Below, one piece after another: positions 1 to 10,558 of a DNA stretch of 64,000 bases. Where the stretch lies: positions 1-64,000 of the forward strand of contig JBIKWN010000001.1 in the NCBI GenBank assembly GCA_044356295.1. Reading direction: 5' to 3'. Numbering within the stretch: the stretch's first letter is position 1; every line of letters starts with the position of its first letter. The translations under genes and the position numbers were made by a program. Below the pieces are notes generated by a model. That model saw only the letters and a list, made by a program, of their open reading frames with translations. It was not told where the DNA came from and ran no database searches. The DNA comes from Bdellovibrionota bacterium (GTDB taxonomy: Bacteria > Bdellovibrionota_C > UBA2361 > JBIKWN01).

Positions 1-1296
1 AATTTGTACCATTGGAGGTTTCACTCGAAACGGAATTTGTTGGTTTCGCTCAAATGTAGGGGCTTTTGCTAAGACTCGGAGTTTGTACTCACCCGCTTCT
101 TCAATCTCAATTGTCTTTGAAAAAACGCCATCTTTAGCAATTTTATCACCATTTTTTCCATCATCAGTAAGGAAATCTCGAATGATAGGCTCAGAAACTT
201 TATCTGTAGGTGTTACCTGGAACGCAAACGTAATCGTCTGTGACATTTCAGGAAGCACAATCGGCTTGTCTTCTTCGAAGAGTCTGGCTTCAAGTGTTAT
301 TTTATTTTGCGCATAAAGGTTTGTTGGCCATTCTGATACTAATCGAAGCTTTGTAAGAACAGTTGCAAATCCTTCTTGATTAGTCACCCCTGATAACTGC
401 CAATCCCCTGCTGTTGGTTGAGTAATTGTTACTACATCAAATTTCTGACCACTAAACCATTTAATATCAGGTGATGTTTTTGACTGTGTAATCGATTCTC
501 CACTTGGCCTTACAACTGCGATTTCACCAGAGACTTCTTCGCGGTTGATGTAAAAAGTGGCTTCTTGAACATCAGCATCAAGTTTAAAACCTTTCTTTGT
601 CATTGGAACAACTTGTGGTTTCTTGACTGCAAGAAAGAGGTTTGCAAATGATTCGTGAATTTTATCAGCAGTGGGTGTATACCAACTTATTGCATCTGTT
701 ACTGCAGCAATTTCCTGTAGAAGATCTTTATCTGCCTGGTCACTAAAAGAGAGTGTATACACTTTCGTACCCTGTTTTTTTAGCTCAGGTAGAGTCACCT
801 CGACAAGGTTCTGGGTGAGAACTGATGCAGAACCAGCCATTATTGGAGGCTCCATTTTACCATCAGACATCAAAATGATCGTTGTATTAGCTCCGTCACG
901 ATGATTGTTTGCCAGCATCGTCACCGCCTTATCAATTCCTGAGGATATGTCAGTGTATTGTCCAGTAGCAGGAACTGCTTCAATTTCTTGACCTACTTGT
1001 TCTATTTGCGATCCATCAAAATCTGAAAGTGGGCGAACTACAGTGGCATTTTCAGCAAAAGAAATAATGCCGAGTCTGTCACCCTTCTTTAGGAACTGTG
1101 TAAAAAGCTTTGCTCCTTCAACCCGAAGCTTTAAAGGATCAGTGGCAAGCATGCTTCCCGACTGATCAAGAACGAGTACTGCATCTACTTTTTCAGAATG
1201 CGAAGATGAGGCATCATCTTCAGCATAAACCGAAACTTCCAGTAGACTGATGCCTAACAAAAGAGAGACACTTAGATTAAGTAACCAACGAATCAC
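1..1296 (-). CDS. Secreted VWA-domain protein (3' end runs off window)
   Basis: Not in ORF track. Minus frame from GTG at 1296: signal-like IRWLLNLSVSLLLGISLLEVSVYA, then DAVLVLDQSGSM (MIDAS DxSxS); same frame is open at position 1. Confidence 0.85.
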   Translation of the reverse strand, partial: MIRWLLNLSVSLLLGISLLEVSVYAEDDASSSHSEKVDAVLVLDQSGSMLATDPLKLRVEGAKLFTQFLKKGDRLGIISFAENATVVRPLSDFDGSQIEQVGQEIEAVPATGQYTDISSGIDKAVTMLANNHRDGANTTIILMSDGKMEPPIMAGSASVLTQNLVEVTLPELKKQGTKVYTLSFSDQADKDLLQEIAAVTDAISWYTPTADKIHESFANLFLAVKKPQVVPMTKKGFKLDADVQEATFYINREEVSGEIAVVRPSGESITQSKTSPDIKWFSGQKFDVVTITQPTAGDWQLSGVTNQEGFATVLTKLRLVSEWPTNLYAQNKITLEARLFEEDKPIVLPEMSQTITFAFQVTPTDKVSEPIIRDFLTDDGKNGDKIAKDGVFSKTIEIEEAGEYKLRVLAKAPTFERNQQIPFRVKPPMVQI

Positions 1297-1354
1297 AAAA
1301 TATATTTACAGACAGGCTGTTTTAATTGATAACCCCTTATTTTCACGGATAAAA

Positions 1355-1942
1355 GTGATAACGAGCAATACTAAATCGTTGTTTAGAGTCAGTCTTATTA
1401 CATTCTTTCTTAGTATTTTGTTTTCAAGCACAGGCTTTTCCCAGGATTTACCTTTCATCATGCCTCCAAGGGCGGAACTTCTAAAAATTAGAAGTGCAGT
1501 GGTTCAAACGAGCCAAGGTGATTTCCTTATGGAGCTGTTTCCAGATATAGCTCCAGTTCATGTAGCAAATTTTAAATTTCTTGCAGATAAAGGTTTTTAT
1601 AACGGGCTCTCTTTTCATCTTGTTCAAAATGACTACATTGTCCAAGGAGGAGACCCAAGCGGATCTGGAAATGGCGGTCCAACCTATAGTCTCCTTCCTG
1701 AATTTAGTGAAAAACATCATGTAAGGGGCTCTGTTGGAATGGCACGAAGAGCAGATGATATAAATCCCCAGCGACTATCGAATGGAAGCCAGTTTCATAT
1801 CCTTCTTAGAGAAGCTCGTCATATGGACAAAAAATATACAATTTTCGGGGAAGTTATAGACGGATTAGAAGTGATTGAGAAGCTCCGTCCTGGAGATAAA
1901 ATTAAAAGCATAAGAGTATTTGTTAGAAAAGATGCGCGGTAA
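1355..1942 (+). CDS. Cyclophilin-type peptidyl-prolyl isomerase, exported
   Basis: FYNGLSFH, VQGGDP, GSQF, YTIFGEV motifs. Start placed at GTG 1355 because the track start at 1250 overlaps the divergent gene. Confidence 0.9.
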   Translation: MITSNTKSLFRVSLITFFLSILFSSTGFSQDLPFIMPPRAELLKIRSAVVQTSQGDFLMELFPDIAPVHVANFKFLADKGFYNGLSFHLVQNDYIVQGGDPSGSGNGGPTYSLLPEFSEKHHVRGSVGMARRADDINPQRLSNGSQFHILLREARHMDKKYTIFGEVIDGLEVIEKLRPGDKIKSIRVFVRKDAR

Positions 1943-2468
1943 TACTCATGTAATGATTGCACTTGGGTCTGCATCGCTCGTAGGCAACGTGCTCGAGATC
2001 CCATTCAAAGAGATCCCATGGCTATTGATTTTATTTTGCAGCTTACTTCCAGATATTGATGAGCCGTCGTCAAATGCATCACGTCCAGGAACCCTACTTC
2101 TTCCTTTTGCCCCAAGAAATATTCAAACAATCATAGATGGTATAGCGTTACTTTTATTATTTCCGTTAAGAATATTTTCAAAACACAGGGGAACTACGCA
2201 CGCACCTCTTTTAGTATTTATCTTAGGAGGCCTTCTATTTGTTTACTCTGAGACCTATTCCCTTTGGTTTATTCTTGCATATGGAAGCCATGTTTTTGCT
2301 GACTACCTAACTAAAATGGGAGTTCCCATTTTATGGCCATTTAATAACAAGAATTATAGTTTAAAAATATGTTCCACTGGTTCTATAGTCGAGTGGGTTA
2401 TTTTCTTTTTATTTGGTTTCTTATTTTGTTTTTTTTGTTATCAGGCTTTTTTGCAAACTACACTGTAA
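1932..2468 (+). CDS. YdjM-like membrane metal-dependent hydrolase
   Basis: TH...LLPDID...HRGTTH...SHVFADYLT..GV motif set; ATG at 1932. Confidence 0.85.
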   Translation: MRGNTHVMIALGSASLVGNVLEIPFKEIPWLLILFCSLLPDIDEPSSNASRPGTLLLPFAPRNIQTIIDGIALLLLFPLRIFSKHRGTTHAPLLVFILGGLLFVYSETYSLWFILAYGSHVFADYLTKMGVPILWPFNNKNYSLKICSTGSIVEWVIFFLFGFLFCFFCYQAFLQTTL

Positions 2469-3600
2469 CATAACTGTCAATTTTTGAATCAGGTAGTAAT
2501 ATAAAGTTACTACCTTCAACTGAAGCAAGAACAAATCCACTTTTTGTTATATTATAGGCTCTATCAACAGCAGTATCTGTCATGTCCGATAAAGGTCTAT
2601 GAAGACATTCTTTTTGTTGACTGAAATAAGGGTATGCCCAAATCATTGCCTCTGGAAACTCCCCTAACATTGTATGACCCACTGAAAGAAGTCCAGATGG
2701 CTGACCAATAATATCTTCAGCCTCAGCAGCATGAGTAATAGTTAATCTTCCATGACCAAACTGAGGAAATGGTTTAAACATTCCATCGTTAAGCCAAAAT
2801 CCTGGAATTCGAGGAACTACTCTTATATCCTCTGCAAGACTTACTTCCTTTAAGCCGACTGTGGTTCCACTTTGTAAAACTTCAAGCACTTCTGCACATT
2901 CATCAAGATGAATTCCTCGATTATGAATAAATAAAATAGTTTCAGGTCTTTTTAGTGCGTCATCTTCACTTACAACTCTAACGACAAGGTTTCTGTTTTG
3001 ATTACAACCAATAACTTCACAACTCTCACTGAATGGTACTACATCAAAATAATAACCTTCATTATTGAAAAGAAGTACTTTGGACGTTTTTTCGGATCTT
3101 ATCTGTTCTTCGCCAAGAATTGAATTTTCATCAATAATTTTTATTGGGGTTATTCCAGATGGGAGGGGTGTCTCTTTTTGATCAAAGGTAAAATAAGAAT
3201 AGGTAACAAGTGCTTGATTTAAATCTCTATCAAACGGATCTATCTGAAATTTCTTCATAACGAATCCATTTGATCCTAATAAATGAATTTCGTTATGAGT
3301 GATAACTTCTCTTCCTGACACTTCTTTTATTGAGGGTTGTTCAAATAAAGATGTTACAGAATTCGAATCTCCTTCAATGACAAACTGTAAACCACTTAAT
3401 GGAAGTGGGACTTCTTGACCATTAAGATCAACAAGTACATCAGATGGCGCCTGGTGATAAAGGATTAAACAACTGTCCCCTTCGGCTATCTTTCGTATCG
3501 CTTGGTTCGATTTTGGTAATTTGGGGTGATCTAAGGTTAGGCCCGTAAAATTTGAATCTAAAAACTGTTCAACAGCAAACATACTAGAGTTTAAAAGCAA
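2458..3600 (-). CDS. Hypothetical protein (possible degenerate beta-propeller)
   Basis: 380-aa ORF filling the gap; no firm family motif. Confidence 0.6.
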   Translation of the reverse strand: MLLNSSMFAVEQFLDSNFTGLTLDHPKLPKSNQAIRKIAEGDSCLILYHQAPSDVLVDLNGQEVPLPLSGLQFVIEGDSNSVTSLFEQPSIKEVSGREVITHNEIHLLGSNGFVMKKFQIDPFDRDLNQALVTYSYFTFDQKETPLPSGITPIKIIDENSILGEEQIRSEKTSKVLLFNNEGYYFDVVPFSESCEVIGCNQNRNLVVRVVSEDDALKRPETILFIHNRGIHLDECAEVLEVLQSGTTVGLKEVSLAEDIRVVPRIPGFWLNDGMFKPFPQFGHGRLTITHAAEAEDIIGQPSGLLSVGHTMLGEFPEAMIWAYPYFSQQKECLHRPLSDMTDTAVDRAYNITKSGFVLASVEGSNFILLPDSKIDSYVTV

Positions 3601-3653
3601 ATTATTGCTTACTCAAGTTTTTTAGATTTTTCCCTAATGCAGACGAATAACCA

Positions 3654-6089
3654 CTATAAATCAGGTGAATCAAGATAAGATTGGGTTTCCTCAGTAAGAG
3701 ACTGGGCTGCTTGTGGTTCAGTACCCTTAATAAAATATTCATATATTGCACCTGACTCTTCACCACTGACGGGCCTTCCGCTTCCTTTATTTACCCACAT
3801 TCCTACAACATCATCAGTAGGTTGAAAATCAAGTGGTTGAATTTTCTCAGGAGCCCGGTATTCAATATGTAATTTTTCTGACTCTTCTTTTGTTCTTTTT
3901 ACTAGTTCTTGATACTGAACGTCATCACGGTATTCAAGAAATGGTTTCATAAAATTTAAGAAAATTGGTGCTGCAATTCTTCCACCTGTTTCTTTATCAC
4001 CAATCGATCGCAGCTGATCAAATCCAGTCCATATTCCGCACACCCATTCTGGTGTATATCCAATAAACCAAGCATCCATCATATCGTTGGTTGTTCCGGT
4101 TTTTCCTGCAACAGGGCGATTGATAGGTTTAACAGCAGTTCCAGTTCCACTTTGAACAACACCTTTCATAATATTTGCCATGATGAAAGCGCTACTCGGA
4201 TTAATTGCTTGTCTTACATGCGAAATAAACTCTGCATCACGATCATACACAACAGCACCAGTTCGATCTTTAATCTGTTCGACTAAATATGAATCCGCAA
4301 GCATTCCTCTTGCAGCAAAAACACCATATGCTCTTGTTAATTCTAAAAGCGTTACCTCACTACTCCCTAATGCAAGTGAAGGATTGCGACCAAGTGGCGT
4401 AGTAATTCCAAGGTCTCTGGCATATTTAATGACCGGTGAAATTCCAATTCTTGAAATAATATCTACCGATACAAGGTTTTTAGATTTCTCTAGGGCAGTA
4501 CGAAGAGTAATGGGGCCCATATACTTTCCGTCATAGTTGCCTGGAGTCCATAACTCATCACCTACTTTAATTGACCTTGGGGAATCGTGAACAATCGTTG
4601 ATGCAGTATATTTATAGCCATCAACTGCAGATAGATAAACAATTGGTTTAAAGGTTGAACCAGGTTGACGAAGTGATTGAGTAGCACGATTTAAGACACT
4701 TCGTTGATATGAATAGCCTCCAAGCATTACTCCAACTTTTCCTGTACTAGGATCAATAAGTGTCAATGCACCTTCAATCATTGGAGTTTGATCTAATTGC
4801 CACTGTATCTTTGTTTGTTTTGTTTTTTCATCTACGGAAGTAACGTTAGCAACTTCGATAATGTCTCCGGATTTGAACTCTAGTTCTGGCTTTATGAAAG
4901 TAGCCTTGTCAAAGTTGTCGATCTTTTTTTTCGCCCATGTTGCGTCTTTAAAAGAGATCTCTATCTTTTGATCTTTTACCTGAACAATCCCCACTCCCTT
5001 ACTACTATTTACGGAAGAAACGAATGCAGGATAGACCTCATCCAATTCTAATACTTCTGGAAGCTGTGCAGAATATTTCTTTAAATAACCATCAACTGTT
5101 TCGCCTTTTTCAAGTACACCACGAAACCCTCTTCTCTTATCAACAGCTCGAAGCCCTTTTCTTAAAGCTTTTTCTGCTAGTTTAGTAGCGTTTAAATCCA
5201 CAGTGGTTTTTATCTCTAGGCCGTCTTGATCGAGATCGTAATTCTTAAAGTTTTCAAGAAAATTCCTGCGCACTTCGCCAACAAAATACGGTGCAGCATA
5301 AATATTTTGTTGAGTTGCTTGATTCACTTTCATTTTTTCATCAAATGCACGATCAGCTTGTTCTTGGGTTATGTAACGACTCCGAACCATTTGATCGAGC
5401 ACATATCGCTGACGCCGTTTTGCACGAGGCATATTTGTTACGGGTGAAAACTTCGAGGGAGCTTTTGGAAGACCTGCAATCATGCTTGCTTCAGAAAGCG
5501 TTATTTGATCAATTGGCTTATTGAAGTAGGCCAGAGAAGCTGCAGCTACTCCGTAGGCAGTGTTTCCGAGGAAAATCTGATTAAGATATACTTCAAATAT
5601 CTCATCTTTCGTAAGAGATCTTTCAAGTTGATATGATAGAACTGCTTCTTTTAGCTTTCTCTCTATTCTTCTTTCTGGGGTCAGAAGAAGGTTTTTTACG
5701 ACTTGCTGAGTAATCGTTGAAGCTCCCTGTTTCGCAGCACCGGCTTGCAGATTTCTTACGAATGCTCGCAGGATACTCCATGGATCAATTCCTTGATGGC
5801 GATAGAATGAAGCATCTTCTGCTGCTAGGAAGGCTTGTTTAACAACAGGGGGAATCTGTGAAAGTTTTAATGGATACCTACGCTCTTTAAAGAACTCGGC
5901 AATTGTCGTTCCATCATTAGCGTATACTTTTGTAACAGCTGATGGGCGGTAATCATTGATAGACTGAACATTAGGTAGATCCCTTGTGATATATCGATAT
6001 CCCCAGGCTGCGATGCCAGCACCAACGATGAGTGAGACAAATCCAAGGATCAGAGATAAAAAGAATAGTTTTCTAAGGATTCGCCACAT
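3654..6089 (-). CDS. mrcA: Penicillin-binding protein 1A
   Basis: N-terminal TM; transglycosylase EDASF, GASTITQQ, RKLKE; transpeptidase STFK, SKN, KTG. Confidence 0.95.
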   Translation of the reverse strand: MWRILRKLFFLSLILGFVSLIVGAGIAAWGYRYITRDLPNVQSINDYRPSAVTKVYANDGTTIAEFFKERRYPLKLSQIPPVVKQAFLAAEDASFYRHQGIDPWSILRAFVRNLQAGAAKQGASTITQQVVKNLLLTPERRIERKLKEAVLSYQLERSLTKDEIFEVYLNQIFLGNTAYGVAAASLAYFNKPIDQITLSEASMIAGLPKAPSKFSPVTNMPRAKRRQRYVLDQMVRSRYITQEQADRAFDEKMKVNQATQQNIYAAPYFVGEVRRNFLENFKNYDLDQDGLEIKTTVDLNATKLAEKALRKGLRAVDKRRGFRGVLEKGETVDGYLKKYSAQLPEVLELDEVYPAFVSSVNSSKGVGIVQVKDQKIEISFKDATWAKKKIDNFDKATFIKPELEFKSGDIIEVANVTSVDEKTKQTKIQWQLDQTPMIEGALTLIDPSTGKVGVMLGGYSYQRSVLNRATQSLRQPGSTFKPIVYLSAVDGYKYTASTIVHDSPRSIKVGDELWTPGNYDGKYMGPITLRTALEKSKNLVSVDIISRIGISPVIKYARDLGITTPLGRNPSLALGSSEVTLLELTRAYGVFAARGMLADSYLVEQIKDRTGAVVYDRDAEFISHVRQAINPSSAFIMANIMKGVVQSGTGTAVKPINRPVAGKTGTTNDMMDAWFIGYTPEWVCGIWTGFDQLRSIGDKETGGRIAAPIFLNFMKPFLEYRDDVQYQELVKRTKEESEKLHIEYRAPEKIQPLDFQPTDDVVGMWVNKGSGRPVSGEESGAIYEYFIKGTEPQAAQSLTEETQSYLDSPDL

Positions 6090-7485
6090 TCGTAGGGGTA
6101 GGTTCCACTACTGGCTTAAACTTTTCAAGTGCTGGAACGATAACTTGGAAGTTTTCTTGATTAATCATAAATGGCTCATTAATCCCTTCCACATAACTTG
6201 GATAGAAATCCCCTCTTTTTTCTCCAATTATTAGGACTAAATCCTTTTTAATCTGGCTCGTATCAGTGGATATGACAACCCGTACAAAAGGTTTTGCTTT
6301 CAAAACAGCATCATCAAAGGGAAGGAACGATTGAACACGTAGTTCACTAATATCTCTAAGATACTGTCTCACAAATGGAGCATCAGCTTTCTCTGAATTA
6401 ACTTGGTACTGGTCTTTGTCTTTAGTCAGCACTAAATAAGGACTCGCATTTTTCTCGACTAAGGCTTTGGTTACGATAAAATGATCAAACTTAAATTGTT
6501 GTGCTTCTCTAAACGTTTCTGTTTTAGCCGATAACCCGCTTAAAGGATGTCCAATTGCCTGGTACACAGTCCCCTTCTTATTGATCTGGAAAAACTCTTT
6601 ATCATTTTTTAGACCGACCGTTACGGTGAGAGGTCCATTTGCTCGGTTAATGACAATTGTATCTTGTGGATTATCCAAACCGTAAAGCGAGAGATCCGTA
6701 GGAGCATCAATAAAAATATCGGCTTGAAGATTTCTTAGGTTTCGGTACACATCAAACACTGCATAGTTTTGAGCAAGTGATTTAATCGGCTCAACTATTC
6801 GAAATGTTTTTTCAGCAGAAGGTTCAATGACAACTTTACCTTCAGGAGACGTCATTGAAATATTTTGTACTTCATCATCACTAAATGTTACTGGAGTTTT
6901 ATCTCTAAATTCTGACTGAGTGACTGATGCAGCGTCGAACAGAGAATCATCGACAAGAAACAATCCATCTCTTCCATGAACTTTTACATATCGTGCTGAA
7001 ATAAATTCACTTTTCTTTCCAAAATCAATGACCTGCTCTTTCCCGGCAACTCTCACAGAAATTGTTAATTCTGGAGAAGCGAGTCCATAGGTTGCAAGAT
7101 CAGTTTCCAGGTCTTTTTGATCCACTGTCTTTTCAGAAGAAAAATTTGCAATAGACGTTGCAAGCCCTTCAATTTTAGCCTTATCTAAGATCGCTTCTGG
7201 AACATTTTTTAAAATCCACGGTGTTGTTGCTTGTTTAGACAAAGAAGGATCCTCAACCTCAACACCTTCAGAAGGGTCTTTAACAACTTCCTTTTTAGGT
7301 TCAGGATTCACAAAATCAAGTGAACTATTTGTTTTTTTTACTGTGATTCCTTGAATTTCACTTGCGGCAAATGATCCAAAAAGTTTCTTTTTATTCTCTT
7401 CGATTTCAATCTGTGGAACTTCATAAAACTTTATGTATAAAGCAAGTGCCAGCAAAAGTAATGCAGGGGTCAGTAATTTTTTCAT
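6073..7485 (-). CDS. DUF4340-like membrane-anchored periplasmic protein
   Basis: N-terminal anchor, repeated 'L..YGL..P' units, position after the GldG-like gene. Confidence 0.8.
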   Translation of the reverse strand: MKKLLTPALLLLALALYIKFYEVPQIEIEENKKKLFGSFAASEIQGITVKKTNSSLDFVNPEPKKEVVKDPSEGVEVEDPSLSKQATTPWILKNVPEAILDKAKIEGLATSIANFSSEKTVDQKDLETDLATYGLASPELTISVRVAGKEQVIDFGKKSEFISARYVKVHGRDGLFLVDDSLFDAASVTQSEFRDKTPVTFSDDEVQNISMTSPEGKVVIEPSAEKTFRIVEPIKSLAQNYAVFDVYRNLRNLQADIFIDAPTDLSLYGLDNPQDTIVINRANGPLTVTVGLKNDKEFFQINKKGTVYQAIGHPLSGLSAKTETFREAQQFKFDHFIVTKALVEKNASPYLVLTKDKDQYQVNSEKADAPFVRQYLRDISELRVQSFLPFDDAVLKAKPFVRVVISTDTSQIKKDLVLIIGEKRGDFYPSYVEGINEPFMINQENFQVIVPALEKFKPVVEPTPTNVANP

Positions 7486-7500
7486 TGTATAAATCTCAAA

Positions 7501-9045
7501 TTAACTTTTGCGTTTCCACCAAACCCAAAGTCCAACAAGAAGGATCAATTCAGGTAAGATAAAGCTCGAAAGTAAAATTAAGAAAAAAGATGCAGTTGGA
7601 ATCGGAGCATATGATGCTCTTATAGTACCTGCACGAATTGTTAGACTTGCTTCTTCACCAGCAAGCCAATTAACTGCATTCAAAAAGAGGTCTCGATTTG
7701 CGTATACATTGAGATTTCCATTTCGAATCCAATCGCTATCACCAAAGACAACAACTTTTGAACCTTTCTTTTCATAAGACATTCCAAGTGTTACTGGTCC
7801 TTTAATATCTTCCTGAGAAAATTCAGCTTTTGGATCATTTGAATCAAGCAGATCACTGAGGTTTTTTTCACCCCAAGCTGTAGCGCTTGATTTTGCAAAC
7901 TCAGAATAAGTTGCTCCTTCTATACCTTTATCAATTTTTGAAAGGGACGAAGCAATGTTAAAAATTGTTATAGTTTGTGCATTAAAAGCCTTTGTTATTA
8001 GAGATGCCGGGTCATACGTTGTAACTATTGGCTGAGCACCAATTGACGGGCCACTAAAAAGCCTCTGCTCTTTATCAAGTACAATATCATTTCGTATTTC
8101 AATACCGACACTTTTTGCAAGTTCACGAACATCCTCGGTAGTCCGTGGATCGTTCATTAAAAGTATCTTTCCATTTTTAGAAAGATACTCTGTTAATACT
8201 TTTTTCTCTGCTTCAGGAATTGGTTTTCGTGGTGTTGCGACGATAACAACACTAGCATCATCGGGAACTTTATCTGCAGCAGCAAGTAATAATGGCGCAG
8301 TTGATAAGTGTTCATCTTGAAGGGCGAGCGCTAGAGCCTTGCCTCCATCAGGTTGAACACTTGCAATATCCATTTCATCATGTCCCTGAAGAAAATAAAT
8401 TTTCTTTGAGGCGCCTTTTGTAACTTTTAGAATAGCATTTGCAATAGCTTCTTCCGTTACTTCATTAATTCTACTAACGGCTGACTCTTCACCTTCTCCG
8501 TACTGCAGATAGATAAGGTTTCCTTGCTTCATTCCATATTTTTCAACGAGCTGCGGTTTTGCTTTTGGATCAATTATCTCTACTGAAACTTTTGCTCCAT
8601 TTTGGTCCTTAAATCGATAAAGGATCTCGCTAATTTTTTCATCATCCTCAGAGATTCCCTTGAATGAAATAAGCTTTAGTGGGCGCTCAAGTTTATTCAT
8701 GAGATCTTTGGATTGAGGTGCTAAGCTATAGACACCCTGCTCAGTTACATCAACTTTCTTATTATGGCGATTTGCAATCCAATTTGTAGCAACAAGAATC
8801 GCTAGAAAAATAGCAGTATACGTTGCAACATGAGTTCCATACCGAGCGCTGCGCCCTTTGATAACTTCAGTAGCATTACCGAGGGATTCTCTTCCAGTTT
8901 TAATTCCCCAAATAACAAGAGAAAAAATACCAATAATCAGATGACCAAAGACAATAGGATTTGAGAAGGAACCAACAATAATCCCACCAAGAAATCCAAA
9001 TCCAAGAGCAACTAAACCAATAACACCAAGAAATTTTGAAACCAT
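7501..9045 (-). CDS. GldG-family ABC transporter auxiliary component
   Basis: DVTEQGVYSL, IYFLQGHDE, VVFGDSDW, NRDLFLNAVNWL; GGAGG upstream of ATG 9045. Confidence 0.85.
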   Translation of the reverse strand: MVSKFLGVIGLVALGFGFLGGIIVGSFSNPIVFGHLIIGIFSLVIWGIKTGRESLGNATEVIKGRSARYGTHVATYTAIFLAILVATNWIANRHNKKVDVTEQGVYSLAPQSKDLMNKLERPLKLISFKGISEDDEKISEILYRFKDQNGAKVSVEIIDPKAKPQLVEKYGMKQGNLIYLQYGEGEESAVSRINEVTEEAIANAILKVTKGASKKIYFLQGHDEMDIASVQPDGGKALALALQDEHLSTAPLLLAAADKVPDDASVVIVATPRKPIPEAEKKVLTEYLSKNGKILLMNDPRTTEDVRELAKSVGIEIRNDIVLDKEQRLFSGPSIGAQPIVTTYDPASLITKAFNAQTITIFNIASSLSKIDKGIEGATYSEFAKSSATAWGEKNLSDLLDSNDPKAEFSQEDIKGPVTLGMSYEKKGSKVVVFGDSDWIRNGNLNVYANRDLFLNAVNWLAGEEASLTIRAGTIRASYAPIPTASFFLILLSSFILPELILLVGLWVWWKRKS

Positions 9046-9050
9046 CTCTA

Positions 9051-9827
9051 TTACCTCCATCGTTGCGCTTCAAGTGCGCGTTGGGTCAGAAAAAGACCAA
9101 ATATTATAACTGATAAAAAATAGACAATTGCTTTGATGCTAATAACTCCTTTCAGTAGATCCTGAACCTGCAATACAGGCGATAGATAGCGAAGCACCTC
9201 ACCAGTGACGCCTCCAAATGAATCAGCAGGAGAATGAATTACATAAAGAAGAAGTAATATTACCATTCCTGAGACTCCTGCAACAATTTGATTCTCTGTA
9301 AATGCAGAAACAGCTGTTCCAATACTTGCAAAAGCAAGAGTGCATAAAGTAACTCCAAGAATGCCACTCATAATAGGAGGAACTTCAGGATTTCCAAAAA
9401 CTATTAACAACGCAGGGAAAACCCAAGCACCAAAAACCATAAGCATCAGAAATATTGAAACTCCCAAAAATTTTCCAATAACAATATCCGATACTGATAA
9501 CGGAGAAGTTGCAAGAAGTTCAAAGGTTCCCTTCTTTTTTTCTTCAGCAATGAGGCGCATTGTTAAAAATGGAACAAGAAAAACTAATACCACCAGAAGT
9601 GTCTGATAATAACCCTCTACAACCCACTGATTAAGATTAGGGGCTGGCTGTTGCCCTCCCATAAGCTGGGCCATCTGAGCATATCGTTCAATTGCAAGAT
9701 TAAAGTAGCCGAGCATATTAAAGAAAAAATACCCGGATAAAAGTAGGAATCCGGTCAGCACGAGATATGCAACTGGAGAAACAAAGAAGGAGAGGAGTTC
9801 TCGCTTACAGATTGACCACCACTTCAT
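9051..9827 (-). CDS. GldF-like ABC-2 permease
   Basis: KRELLSFFVSP, TMRLIAEEKKKGTFELL, GKFLG, TENQIVA. Confidence 0.88.
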   Translation of the reverse strand: MKWWSICKRELLSFFVSPVAYLVLTGFLLLSGYFFFNMLGYFNLAIERYAQMAQLMGGQQPAPNLNQWVVEGYYQTLLVVLVFLVPFLTMRLIAEEKKKGTFELLATSPLSVSDIVIGKFLGVSIFLMLMVFGAWVFPALLIVFGNPEVPPIMSGILGVTLCTLAFASIGTAVSAFTENQIVAGVSGMVILLLLYVIHSPADSFGGVTGEVLRYLSPVLQVQDLLKGVISIKAIVYFLSVIIFGLFLTQRALEAQRWR

Positions 9828-9847
9828 AGTAAACCTTTTAAACTAAA

Positions 9848-10558
9848 TTAATGTTGTTGCGTAATTGACTCAATAAATACCTGCTCAAGGCTCGTCGATC
9901 GAGTCAATGATTCCAGAGTATCTTCACGAACAATCTTACCTCGGTTGATAATAACAACCTTGTTACAGATTGCCTGCACTTCTGGAAGAATGTGAGTACT
10001 GAGAATAACAGTACGACCTTCTCGAAGATTTGCGATAGTATTTCTGATATCAATAATCTGTTTTGGATCTAACCCTGAAGTTGGCTCGTCCAAAATAACA
10101 ACTTCTGGATTATGGATAATGGCCTGAGCAAGCCCTACTCTTTGTTTAAAACCTCGAGACAGCTGTCTACATAGTTTTTTCTGAACAGAGGTCAGATAAC
10201 AGCGCTCTAATACGTCAGAAAGGCGGCTTTTAACTGCATTTTTTTCAACCCCCTTAATTTCAGCTACATATCGCAAATATTCAGAAACCGTCATTTCATC
10301 ATAAAGAGGTGGCGTTTCAGGTAAATATCCAATTTTTCTTCGAACTTCATCGGGATTTTGTAAGATATCAGCGCCAGCAACCACCGCCGTTCCGGAACTT
10401 GGCGGCATGAAAGTGGATAACATTCTAATAGTAGTAGTTTTTCCAGCCCCATTCGGACCAAGAAAGCCTACGATATCCCCTTTTTGCGCAGTAAAGGATA
10501 TATTAGAGACTGCATGGAAGTCCCCATAATTTTTAGAAAGTGAATGAACCGATATCAT
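9848..10558 (-). CDS. GldA-like ABC ATP-binding protein
   Basis: Walker A GPNGAGKT, LSRG signature variant, ILDEP. Confidence 0.93.
   Translation of the reverse strand: MISVHSLSKNYGDFHAVSNISFTAQKGDIVGFLGPNGAGKTTTIRMLSTFMPPSSGTAVVAGADILQNPDEVRRKIGYLPETPPLYDEMTVSEYLRYVAEIKGVEKNAVKSRLSDVLERCYLTSVQKKLCRQLSRGFKQRVGLAQAIIHNPEVVILDEPTSGLDPKQIIDIRNTIANLREGRTVILSTHILPEVQAICNKVVIINRGKIVREDTLESLTRSTSLEQVFIESITQQH

Noticed and set aside
83..904. Two 77-aa plus-strand ORFs
   Set aside because: Antisense shadows of the VWA gene.
9848..10558. Evidence for gliding motility from gld-like genes
   Set aside because: GldAFG homologs are widespread in non-gliders and no other gld/spr genes are present.
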